Assembly (NCBI GenBank): GCA_030390025.1
Contig: CM059432.1
Location: 129,954,001 to 130,018,000 of the forward strand
Source: Squalus acanthias
Taxonomy: Eukaryota
Length of the DNA stretch: 64,000 bases
Reading direction: 5' to 3'
The translations under genes and the position numbers were made by a program. Below the pieces are notes generated by a model, which saw only the letters and a list, made by a program, of their open reading frames with translations, searched no databases and had not been told where the DNA came from. Positions 12,822 through 23,114 of this stretch are shown one piece after another (position 1 is the first letter of the stretch; every line of letters begins with the position of its first letter).

Positions 12822-13277
12822 TGTGTTTATTAATGTCCTCCTGTAATTTGTTGCAGTCCTCCTCAGTATTGACTGCCCCCCCCAATTTTGTGTCATCCGC
12901 AAATTTAGAAATTGTGTTTTTGATTCCAAAGTCTAAATCGTTAATGTAAATTGTGAACAACAGTGGTCCCAGCACTGATCCTTGTGGAACACCACGACCC
13001 ACCTTCTGCCACTCTGAATAGCTACCTTTTACCCCTACTCTCTGCTTTCTGTCTTGAAGCCAGCTAGCTATCCATTCTTGTCCTCTGACTCTGCCTTCTC
13101 TGACCTTGTTCATCAGTCTATTATGAAGTACCTTATTAAAGACCTTTTGAAAATCTAGATAAATTACATCTACTGCATTACCATTGTCTACTCTCTCTGT
13201 TACCTCTTCAAAAAATTCAATAAGTTGGTCAAGCAAGACTTTCACTTTTGAAATCCATGCTGACTATTCATTACTAT
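12822..13277 (-). mobile_element. CR1 copy 2, middle RT segment
   Basis: [35 protein letters not shown] lies just upstream of the KCEV segment ending at 6148. Confidence 0.8.
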
Positions 13278-14154
13278 GGGGGGCGATTTTCCCAGCCCCG
13301 AGGAGGCGGGTTTGGAGGCGGGACAGTTGGCAAAATCGCAAAAAGTGAGGGCGGGTTCAGAACCCACCTCCAACCCGCCTCGCGCCATTTTGCCGGAGGC
13401 AGGTTTGATGGGTGCGATTTGGTCCCGCCTCCATCAGTCGGGAGAGGTAGTTAAGACCCTTAAATAGTCGCTAAGGGCCTCTATAATCCTATTTTGACAG
13501 GCCTTTATTATTTTGCCACATTTTGGGCTGGAGACGTGTTGGAGGCGGGACTGCTGCTTGCCTGGTTTCAGTCCCGTCTCCATCAGCTTCTGGACAACCA
13601 GTGGGATTTTCCCCTGATTGACCTTGTTAAGCCCACCCGATGGGCTCAGCAGGCCAATTAGGGGGAAGTCAGTGACAAGAGCACATCAATGTATGACGTG
13701 TCACCTGTCAAGAACTGTTGAAAGAAGGAATGTCATCGTTTGACAGCTCTGTGAAGCTGTCAAACACTGACATTCTGTGTAGTTTGATGAGTCCTTGGGG
13801 TAGAAATTAGGTCGCGCCCCATTTGGGGCGCAAATATCGTCTGGAGGCAAATATTAGCGCCTGGCGCTAATTATCGGCACTGACTGGAAACTTCACTTTT
13901 ACCGCCCCGGGAGGTGAGTGGAGCGCTAAAGCAGGCGCTGCACACCTGTCTTAAGGCGCAAAGGCCAAGGAGTGAGGCGCTAACTCAGCGCGCGAGTGCA
14001 GCGCAGCTGCTGCCAGTTAGCGAGGGAACACAGACACACTGGCGCCCACCACTTCTTAAAGCGGGGGTGGCCAGTTGCTCCCCAGCCACACCCTGCTCAT
14101 TGCAGCCTTGAATCTCGGCCTGGAGAGACCTGTGAATCCATTTTGCTGCCAAGC

Positions 14155-15977
14155 ATGGAGAGAGTGAGAGAACGCGCTCATCGCTTCACCGAGCGGGCCT
14201 TGGATGCTCTGGTTGGTGCAGTGGAGCGCAGACGATGTATGCTCTTCCCTGAGAGTGGCAGGAGGCCTTTGCCACGCGAGTTCAGAAGAGTGTGGAGGGA
14301 GGTGGCTCAGAGCGTCTCCTCCAGGAGCATGGTGCCCAGGACCCATACTCAATGCCGCAAAAAGTTCAACGACCTCACTCGGGTCGTCAGGGTGAGTGGC
14401 TTTTTCTCAATACCTCTCCATCCCTCCATCTCAACCTAACTCTATGGCCAGAGGGTCTTAAAATCCCAATGCACAACACTCATCCAACACCTATGGCCCT
14501 TTCATCAAACACACACACACATTCCACACTTTGCATACAGTAAGGGCTATTCACCTATGGGAGGCACATCAGGCAAGACCATGGCTGCATACAGTAAGGG
14601 CTATTCACCTATGGGAGGCACATCAGGCAAGACCATGGCTGTATATTTACTCAGATGCTGTCCTTTTTCTTGCAGGCCAAGCTGGCTCATAATAGGAGAC
14701 AGCAGCAACGGACAGGTGGAGGGCGGCCTCAGCTGCAACCCCTCAGCGATCTTGAGGAGCGCGTCCACAGGATTGTGGCAAGCCGGGTGATCGGTCCCGT
14801 CGCCACTGGAGATGCCGACCCCGTTCTGGACAGCAATGGTAAGGTCATCACCTTTTTGTCCTCTGTCCTTCCACTTGTCCCTCACAACACCAGCCTTTGA
14901 CACTTTCAATACAACTTGCTAACTCGCTGCACTTATTCCTCCCTTACTGCCACCCTGTCCTCACGCTAAAGCCACTCTTGTACCTCCCTGCTTTCAGATG
15001 GTGATTCACCAGCTGAGGAGACGGGCCCTGAAGCTGCCACTGGGAGTGATGCTGCAGCTGAGGAGGAAGAGGAAGCCGGAGCATCAGTGCCACCCTCTCC
15101 TGAGGAAGCCCATGCCCACACTGGGAACACGCCTTCCCCGGAGGGGAGCAGGGGGGAAGGGGCTGATGAGGGTGAAGCTCCAGGACCCAGCGGGCTGCAG
15201 CAACGCCATGGGGGGGGTAGGGAAGAACGGGGCCCTTCTTCCCAGAGGGAGAGTATGCCAGACACTCCTACTGCAATGGACGCAGAGGAGGAGCGGCTGA
15301 TTGCAGAAATGAACACCCAGGCGGTGGGCATGCACACTGAGCTCATGGGTGCAGTGGGAAGGGTGCCCGAATGCATTGAGTCACTGGCAAGGAGTGTGGA
15401 GCACTTCGCTGTAGCACAGGCGGATGCCACACTAACGCTTAGTGCTGCAATTCAGTCACTGGCTGCCGTGATCCCATCTCTGACTGCTCTCATACAGACT
15501 CAGATTGAGGCCACGCGAGCACAGACTGCTGCCAACCTCGATGGTTCGTGCACATGTCCCCGGGGCTGTCACCGCGCCGCAGCAGGCCAGCAATCTGTTC
15601 TCCGGCAGATTGCTCCGGATGCTGAAGTGCTGCCCCGTGGGAGTGCCAGTGTGTCGGGCGAGCAGGGAGTTGCTGTCCTCTCTCACGATGACAGCATTCC
15701 TGCTGCCAACACTGTCACTTCTCCACTGCACTTGCCACCGCCTGTAGGACAGACTGCTGCCGCCCATGCAGAGTTGGTGCAGTCTGCAGCCGGGCCCTCC
15801 AGGCCCAGAAGTGGTCGAGGCCGTCCTTCAGGGGCATCTGCAGTGTCAGGGTCTGACGAGCAGCAGCCTTCCACCAGCCTTGCTGCAGCCACTGAGGTCC
15901 CATTACGGAGGAGCAGTAGGGTTAGAAGGGGGGAAGTGCGCAAGGGAAGGAGATCACCCTCGAAGGGCAAAAAGTAG
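14155..15977 (+). CDS. Harbinger Myb/SANT-like DNA-binding protein, 3 exons (14155-14391, 14676-14838, 14998-15977), 459 aa
   Basis: Exon 1 MERVRERAHRFTERALDALV..WREVAQSV..RTHTQCRKKFNDL. Donors GTGAGT and GTAAGG, acceptors TTCTTGCAG and CTTTCAG. Exon 2 RTGGG motif. Spliced length 1380 nt stays in frame. Confidence 0.85.
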
Positions 15978-16271
15978 GAGGTGTGCCAAAATGCTGGTCA
16001 TTTTTTTATTAAAGGCCGAGGTTCATGGTCCAACTTTTGTTTAGTGTTTTGGACATTATCTCCAGGTTGTGAGAACCAGTTATGTTATTGACTGTTTTTT
16101 TGTGTTTATTTCTATGAGTTTGTCATGAGGAATTGACACACACAGAGTTTGTAAAATAAATAAGTTTCTGTATTCAAAATATACATGGTTGGTGGTTGGA
16201 ATTATTGGTGCCTTGGCCAGCTTAGGGGTTGCGTGCTGGGTTGATTAATGTTGGTAGCAATGGCAGGGGCC

Positions 16272-16379
16272 CTAGAAGCGGCTTGCTATTAGCTGTTGAC
16301 GGACGGCCCTTGCAGTTTGACCATTGTGGGCCGCCCTCCTGCCTTGGTGCTGCTGATGATCATCGTCCTCGTCCTCTTC

Positions 16380-16410
<31 letters not shown>

Positions 16411-17441
16411 GGTGGTGCTCTAAGGCCTGGTGGCATTGGCTGGGTCCTGAGGATTGCCATGTTATGCAACATGCAGCACACGACTACGAAGTTCGATACT
16501 CGCTCAGGCGAGTACTGCAGGGCTCCTCCGGAATGGTCCAGACAGCGGAACCGTTGCTTGAGCACGCCGATTGTGCGCTCAATAATGTTCCTGGTTGCTT
16601 GATGGCTCTCATTGTACCACAGCTCAGCAGGGGTGTTGGGCGTACGGAGCGGTGTCATCAGCCAGGTGCTCAATGCATACCCCTTGTCCCCGAGAAGCCA
16701 ACCAACTGGCTGATGCGGTGCCTCGAAAAGTTCTGCCACAGTAGTCTGGCGCAGGATAAAAGCATCGTGGCAGCTGCCAGGATAGTGGGCATTGACAGCG
16801 AGTATCAGCTGTCTGTGGTCACAGACCAACTGGACATTCAAGGAATGGAACCCCTTTCTGTTCCTGAATTCCTCGGCATTCTCACGCGGAGCACGCAAAG
16901 CCACATGCGTGCAGTCAATGGCGCCCTGCACCATGGGGAAGCCCGCTACCCTCGCAAAGCCCAGAGCGCGGTCACGCTGCTTGTCTGGGGTCATGGGGAA
17001 AGAGATGAACTCTCGTCTCCTTCTGAAGAGGGCATTTGTGACCTGCCGGATGCAGCAATGCACCGCGAACTGGGAGATATTGGCGAGGTCCCCAGCAGCA
17101 GCTTGGAATGAGCCAGTGGCGTAAAAGTTCAAAGCCACTGTGACCTTCACTGCCACCGACAGAGACGTCCTGGACCTCAGTTGAGGCTGCAGATCTGGCT
17201 GCAGCAGGTGGCAGAGCTCAGTGACCACCTCCTTGCTGAATCGCAGCCTTCGCAAACACAGCTCCTCGGACATATGGATGTAGGAGAGCTGTTCACGATA
17301 TACCCTGGGAGGGTAAGCTCTCCTGTACATACGCCTGATGGCCCTCCTCCGTCTGGCCATCATTGCCACTCTCTCTCTGCGTCTCTGTATCCTCCGATTC
17401 AGCTGGAGCAGGACGACGCCCCCAATCAGTGCAGCCCCCAT
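16272..17441 (-). CDS. Harbinger DDE transposase (HARBI1-like), 389 aa from the first ATG
   Basis: Uninterrupted ORF with [36 protein letters not shown] and an acidic tail. Confidence 0.92.
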
Positions 17442-18806
17442 ATTCTCTTTGCAAGCAAAGTAATGAGGGACAGCAACTAAAGTAGCAGCAAAGTTAGGAT
17501 GAATAGGCAAAACGACCTCACAAAGCGTTGAGTCAATGTAGAAGTCTCTCTCTCTCTCTCTCCGAATCTCTCTCTCTCTCTCAGAACGAGTGGTGCATAA
17601 ATGTCGACCACAGAAAAAGACAGGAAGAGGCCCCCTTTAAATAGCGCCCCCCCCCCCCCCAGCCCCACAGCGATTGATAGCGTTCCAGTCTTCCGGTCGT
17701 TGGAAGCGCCAGGCGGTAAGGCAGGGGGCGCCACTCAATTTCCGCTCCGGGGCGCCACAAGGGCGTTGCACCATGGAATGACGTCACAATCTGCGCGCGC
17801 AGGTGGTCGCAGCGGTAAGTTTTAGCGCCGCCGCACAATCTCAGGTTAAGTTCTCAAGCGGCGCAAACATCGCTGTGCCCGGGCGTTAGCGGCTTTGCGC
17901 CCCATTAGCGCCCTCTTAAGGCGCTAACGGGAGGCGCAACCAACTGAATTTTTACCCCCTTGTGTTCAGAATTCATCAAAACTTTCTACTTTGCAGAAAT
18001 CAGCTGGCTGTTGTATCGGAGGATGCAACAGCCAGTCTGTGATCTCTACAATGGAGATGTCGGGCACTCCGGCTCCACAGCGGCTGAAGGCTGTAGGCAG
18101 AAACAAAGGTAAGTTAACATTTTCTAACACTTTACACTCACCTCACATACTTACCACTCCACACTTGCACCCATCACTCACCTCTACATCGCACTTTCAG
18201 ACCCCACCGATACCCATAGACCTCCTACTTGGCTGCTACACCCCGGCAGGGTTCCCCCAGGTCGAGAAGCCCGCACTTCAGGATGAAAAATGGGAATCAT
18301 CCTATTTTCTGCCTGTTAACTACCTGTTAACAGGCAGTTAATAGGCTTTAATCCCATCCCGCCTCCAAGGAGATGGGACCCGGGGCAGGACGGTTTCCCA
18401 CCTCCTGGCAAGAGGGCACGGAGGTGGGTTGGGGGCGGGTTTGCCACCCGCCCCCAAATTCTGTCACTTTCCCGGCAGTCCCGCCTCCATACCCGCCTCC
18501 TCGGGGCTGGTAAAATCCAGTCCTTTGTGCGTGTTGCACGACCCTCCTAAACCACGCCAGCTAATCCTGCCGGGTTGACAAGTGGGTGGCCTCCTCACAG
18601 CTGCAGCTCCACCATTAAAACGGAGCTTTCTTCAGGGAGCAGTTGCAGGTGGCAGAACTTTTGTTCCACAGGTCTTTCAGCACTTTTAGCAGGCCTACCA
18701 AAGTCGGAGGTGCCGCAGTTTCTATCTCTCAACTGTGGGACCTCCTTGGAAAACCGTCTCCCTGCTTGGACTAAGCGCTTCCCCAACGGAGGTATCTGCC
18801 AGCAGC

Positions 18807-20039
18807 ATGGGAACCATTTATTTCCTTTCATCATGGACCTCAGATTCGGATGAGGAGCAGCCACGGCAGCAGCAGAACCAGGCAGCTCAGCAGCAACAGC
18901 AGCAGGAGCCCCAACCTCCTGCTCACCCACCTGATGCTGCACAGAGCAGAAGGTGCCAGCGCAGGGAAGCACCTCGCCGCAGGAGATACCCCCCACTCAG
19001 GGTTTACAGACAGAGGATGAGCTACCTCAACATGACTGAGCAGCAGTGCCAAAGGAGGCTGAGAGTTTTGCGACAGGTTGTCGGAGACATCTGCCGACTG
19101 CTGCACCAACACCTGGAGCCCAGAGGAGCGGGTGGACACCCCTTACCGGTGGCTGTCAAAGTCACCACCGCACTCAACTTTTTTGCCTCAGGCTCCTTCC
19201 AGGGATTATCAGCAGACATCAGCGGCATCTCCCAGTCGGCTGCCCACAGTTGCATCACGCAGGTTACCGATGCCCTTTTCGCAAAGGCGCACAATTACAT
19301 CCACTTCTCAAGGGATCAAGCAAGTGTAACCACGCGTTCAGTTGGCTTTGCAAATATGGCAGGCTTGCCAATAGTGCAGGGCGTCATAGACTGCACACAT
19401 GTGGCCCTTAGGGCACCCCATCACAACCCAGCTATCTTTGTCAACTGCAAGGGCTTCCACTCCCTCAACGTACAGCTGGTGTGTAACCACAAGAAGGAGG
19501 TTTTGCATGTTTGCGCCAAGGTCTGTGGTAGTTGCCATGACTCGTTCATCCTGCGGAACTCTAGTGTTCCTCCGCTTTTCAATCTGCCAAACCAACTTAA
19601 CGGATGGCTCCTTGGTGACAAAGGCTACCCCCTGAAGAAGTGGCCAATGACGCCGATCAGGAGGTCAGCTAACGAGGCTGAAGAGTGCTACAACACCAGC
19701 CACCTTTCGACCTGGTCCATCATCGAGCAAACCATTGGCTTGCTGAAGATGCGATTCCGATGCCTTAATAGATCAGGTGGAGCCCTGCAGTATTCAGCAG
19801 CCAGGGTCTCCAGAATGGTCGTGGTCTGCTGTGCACTGCACAACATGGCACAGCGTCGTGGCTTGCAGCTTCCTGATGAGCAAGAGGCTCAGTTCATAGC
19901 CTCCTCAGATGAGGAGAAGGAGGAGGAGGAGGAGGGGGAGGACCGAGCAGCAGCGCATCTACCAGCAGCAGCGGCAGCACGCGAGCACAGGGCTGCCCGT
20001 GATGCAAGGGATGCACTCATCCTGGCCAGATTTGCTTAG
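18807..20039 (+). CDS. Harbinger DDE transposase of E3, 410 aa, open but probably decaying
   Basis: [29 protein letters not shown] and a Q-rich N-terminus. Several changes at otherwise conserved positions look like CpG decay (NCKG, STWS, ECYN). Confidence 0.85.
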   Translation: MGTIYFLSSWTSDSDEEQPRQQQNQAAQQQQQQEPQPPAHPPDAAQSRRCQRREAPRRRRYPPLRVYRQRMSYLNMTEQQCQRRLRVLRQVVGDICRLLHQHLEPRGAGGHPLPVAVKVTTALNFFASGSFQGLSADISGISQSAAHSCITQVTDALFAKAHNYIHFSRDQASVTTRSVGFANMAGLPIVQGVIDCTHVALRAPHHNPAIFVNCKGFHSLNVQLVCNHKKEVLHVCAKVCGSCHDSFILRNSSVPPLFNLPNQLNGWLLGDKGYPLKKWPMTPIRRSANEAEECYNTSHLSTWSIIEQTIGLLKMRFRCLNRSGGALQYSAARVSRMVVVCCALHNMAQRRGLQLPDEQEAQFIASSDEEKEEEEEGEDRAAAHLPAAAAAREHRAARDARDALILARFA

Positions 20040-20280
20040 GTTGCCCATTGTGGCACATGTGCTTAGCTCCTTCTTAACACATGATAGACAATGGACATGA
20101 CTCTCTGGCCTCCTTTCACTCTGACCACCAACCTGACCACGCAAGTGTCACGGAGCCTGCAATGTAGAGCTACCTAAGTCGAAATAACAGATGCCATCAC
20201 GCCAACAGTTTGCCATCACCTAATTTTAATACATTCACACAGGGATGGCATTTCATCAATAAACAGAAACAATCACCCAA

Positions 20281-20461
20281 TCTGCACACAGATCTAGAGG
20301 CTATATCCCTTGCCAGCTGGACCCACACAGCCTTGGTTTCTTTGGCAGGCCTCTTCCTCCCAGATGAGGGGAAGAGCACCTCCCTGCTAGCTCTCACCCC
20401 CGCAACCAGCATACCCAGCGTCTCAGAACCTCGGGGAGGCCCTTGCCTTGGAGCTGGCCAT
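20281..20461 (-). pseudogene. Truncated Myb/SANT exon 1 of E3
   Basis: MASSKAR..LGMLVAGVRASREVLFPSSGRKRP..WVQLARDIASRSV, then an abrupt junction. Same junction in 33932-34117. Confidence 0.8.
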
Positions 20462-20745
20462 TCTTCAAGGAGATAAAAGTTTGGAGGTGGTGCAGCATCG
20501 ACCAAAAACCAGTGGAATGAGCCAAGGTAGCAAGCAGCCCTTAAATGAAGCTGGATAAGTGACGTCAGCAGAGGCAAGTTTTAGTCCCAAAAGACTAATT
20601 GGCCCAGGGGAACCCACACCTCTGAAAGTAACTGGCCAATTAGGGGAAAATCGCAAATTTTTCCCACCTGATAGTGGAGGTGGGTTTGGAACTCACCCAA
20701 ACCGAAACCCACCTCCAACCCACCTCCAATGGGAAAATCGCGCCC

Positions 20746-21190
20746 GATGTTTTTGGTTTCCAGATGTTCTTCTATTTTCTCCTTTAGTAGGGATTCCATT
20801 ATTTTTCCTATCACCGATGTTAAGCTGACTGGTCCATAATTCCCTGGACATGTTCTATCCCCCTTCTTAAATATATGTATTACGTTAGCTATCCGCCAGT
20901 CCTCTGGTACTACACCTTTTTCTAACGAATTATTAAATATTTGTAGTAAAGCTCTTACAATTTGTTTTTATATGTCTTGCTAATTTACTCTCATAATCTA
21001 TTTTCACCCTTTTTGTCAATATTTTGGTCATCCTTTGCTGGTTTCTAAAGCTCTCCCAATCCTCAGGCTTACTACTATTCATTGCAATGCTTTAAGCCTT
21101 TTCTTTTAATCTAATACTATCCTCAACTTCTTTACTTAGCCACGGATGGATCACTTTTCCCGTGGATCTTTTCTTTTTCAATGGACTGAT
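20746..21190 (-). mobile_element. Resumed CR1 copy 2 (20746-20948) followed by resumed CR1 copy 1 (~20949-21190)
   Basis: IGKIMESLLKEKIEEHLE continues the 13277 segment. AAGCT(C)TTACA at ~20949 repeats the 5335-5343 junction. Confidence 0.75.
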
Positions 21191-23114
21191 GGGAATAGCA
21201 GAACCCAGAATAGGGGCAAGATTCTGCCGGACCCTCTCCCCCGATATAAGTCACAGTCACCCAGACAGAATTTTTCCATTTATTATCACTTTTTACTTTT
21301 TATTCTTAAGCCACTTTTCAATCCAGTTTGCCATCAATTTCATAAATCTTCTTGATAAAAAAAACTTCTCATTAAGTCCTTTATGAAATGTCTTTTAAAA
21401 ATCCAAGTAGATTTTTGGGTTTCTTTTGTCCACTAATTTATATACCCCTCAAAGGACTCCAGTAGATTTATAAGCCAGAATCTATTGCTTCTAAATGCAA
21501 ACCAACTACTTCCTATAACATCTATGCTGCTTGACTGACAGAAAGGCTCCAGTTTGCAACAAGCTCTTTTTTTATTAACATGTTCATGTTTCTCAATTGA
21601 AGTGTCAAGTAATGATTGATTGACCAGAACAGGAAAACTGATTCATAACATTGTATGCTGCCCCAGAGAGATAATATATAGAGTGGGTAAACATAGGTTG
21701 GATTCAGAAGTTAATAATTCAGTGCTAGCTAGGTCTTCATAATTTATGTTCTCCGACTAGATCAGATCCACGTCCAAATTCCATTTAAGTCTAAACTATA
21801 TTAGCCAAATCTGACTATTTGTCAAAACAGTAAAAGATTCCAAAATACCTACCATTTAAAATGAGCAAAGGAGCCCTGGTACTGATCTGATTGATACACT
21901 CCAATTATGTTATAGACTAGATGAGCCCAGCTCACGGACTTTCTAACCAGTGTCTAGACCCAAAAGTGAGATCACAGGTTTGAATTCTCTTTGAGCTTTC
22001 CATTATTTTACTTGTCTTATTTATGCCAGCATGCCAGGAGCAGCACCAGGCGTACCTAAAAATGAGGTGCCAACCTGGGGAAGCTGTAACACAGGACTAC
22101 ATGCATGCTAAAAAGTGAAAGCAGCATGCTATAGACAGGGCTAAGCGATGCCACAATCAACGGATCAGACCAAAGCTCTGCGGTCCTGCCACATCCAGTT
22201 GTGAATGGTGGTGGACCATTAAACAACTAACGGGAGGAGGAGGCTCCATGAACATCCCCATCCTCAATGATGGCGGAGCCCAGCACACACGTGCAAACGA
22301 CAAGGCTGTAGCGTTTACAACCATCTTCAGCCAGTCGTGCCGAGTGGAAGATCCATATCGGCTTCCTCCTGAGGTCCTCACTATCACAGAAGCCAGTCTT
22401 CACCCAATTCGATTCACTCCACGTGATATCAAAAATGGCTGAGCTCACTGGATACAGCAAAGGCTGTGGGCCCCGACAACATCCCGGCTATCATGCTGAA
22501 GACTTGTGCTCCAGAACTAGCCGCGCCTCTAGCCAAGCTGTTCCAGTACAGCTACAACAGTGGCATCTACCCGACAATGTGGAAAACTGCCCAGGTATGT
22601 CCTGTCCACAAAAAGCAGGACAAATCCAATCTGGCCAATTACAGCCCCATCAGCCTACTCCCATTCATCAGCAAAAGGTGTCGTTAACAGTGCTATCAAG
22701 CAGCACTTACTCACCAATAACCTGCTTACCGATGCTCAGTTTAGGTTCCGCCAGGACCACTCAGTTCCAGACCTCATTAAAGCCTTGGTCCAAACATGGA
22801 CAAAAGAGCTGAATTCCAGAGGTGAGGTGAGAGTAACTGCCCTTGACATCAAGGCAGCATTTGACCAAATGCGGCATCAAGGAGCCCTAGTAAAACTGAA
22901 GTCAATGGGAATCAGGGGGGAAATTCTCCACTGGCCGGAGTCATATCTAGCACAAAGGAAGATGATTGTGGTTGTTGGAGGCCAATCATCTCAGCCCCAG
23001 GACATCGCTACAGGAGTTCCCCAGGGCAGTGTCCTAGGCCCAACCATCTTCAGCTGCTTCATTAATGACCTTCCCTCCATCATAAGGTCAGAAGTGGGGA
23101 TGTTCGCTGCACAG

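Larger units (their letters stand above)
13797..17958 (-). mobile_element. Full-length PIF/Harbinger transposon E2 with both genes open
   Basis: TIR GGGGTAGAAATT/AATTTTTACCCC, TSD CTT, TTAGCGCC subterminal repeats, convergent Myb (+) and transposase (-). Confidence 0.93.
13525..18523 (+). mobile_element. MITE family A, copy 2 (13525-13796 plus 17959-18523), split by E2
   Basis: GGGCTGGA...AAAATCCAGTCC, TSD TTT, collinear with the reverse complement of 46930-47774. Confidence 0.85.
13278..20745 (+). mobile_element. Harbinger element E3 (transposase retained, Myb gene mostly deleted), carrying nested insertions
   Basis: TIR GGGGGCGATTTTCCC/GGGAAAATCGCGCCC. Sequence either side of the 13525-18523 insert is contiguous in the related copy at 33069-33260. 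Confidence 0.88.

Noticed and set aside
16296..17111. Long antisense ORFs over transposase and LINE sequences
   Set aside because: Shadow frames of GC-rich coding sequence on the opposite strand.
16272..20039. Domesticated host HARBI1 or MSANTD/NAIF1 genes
   Set aside because: The ORFs sit inside TIR/TSD-bounded multi-copy elements, so they are transposon genes. No gene symbol assigned.
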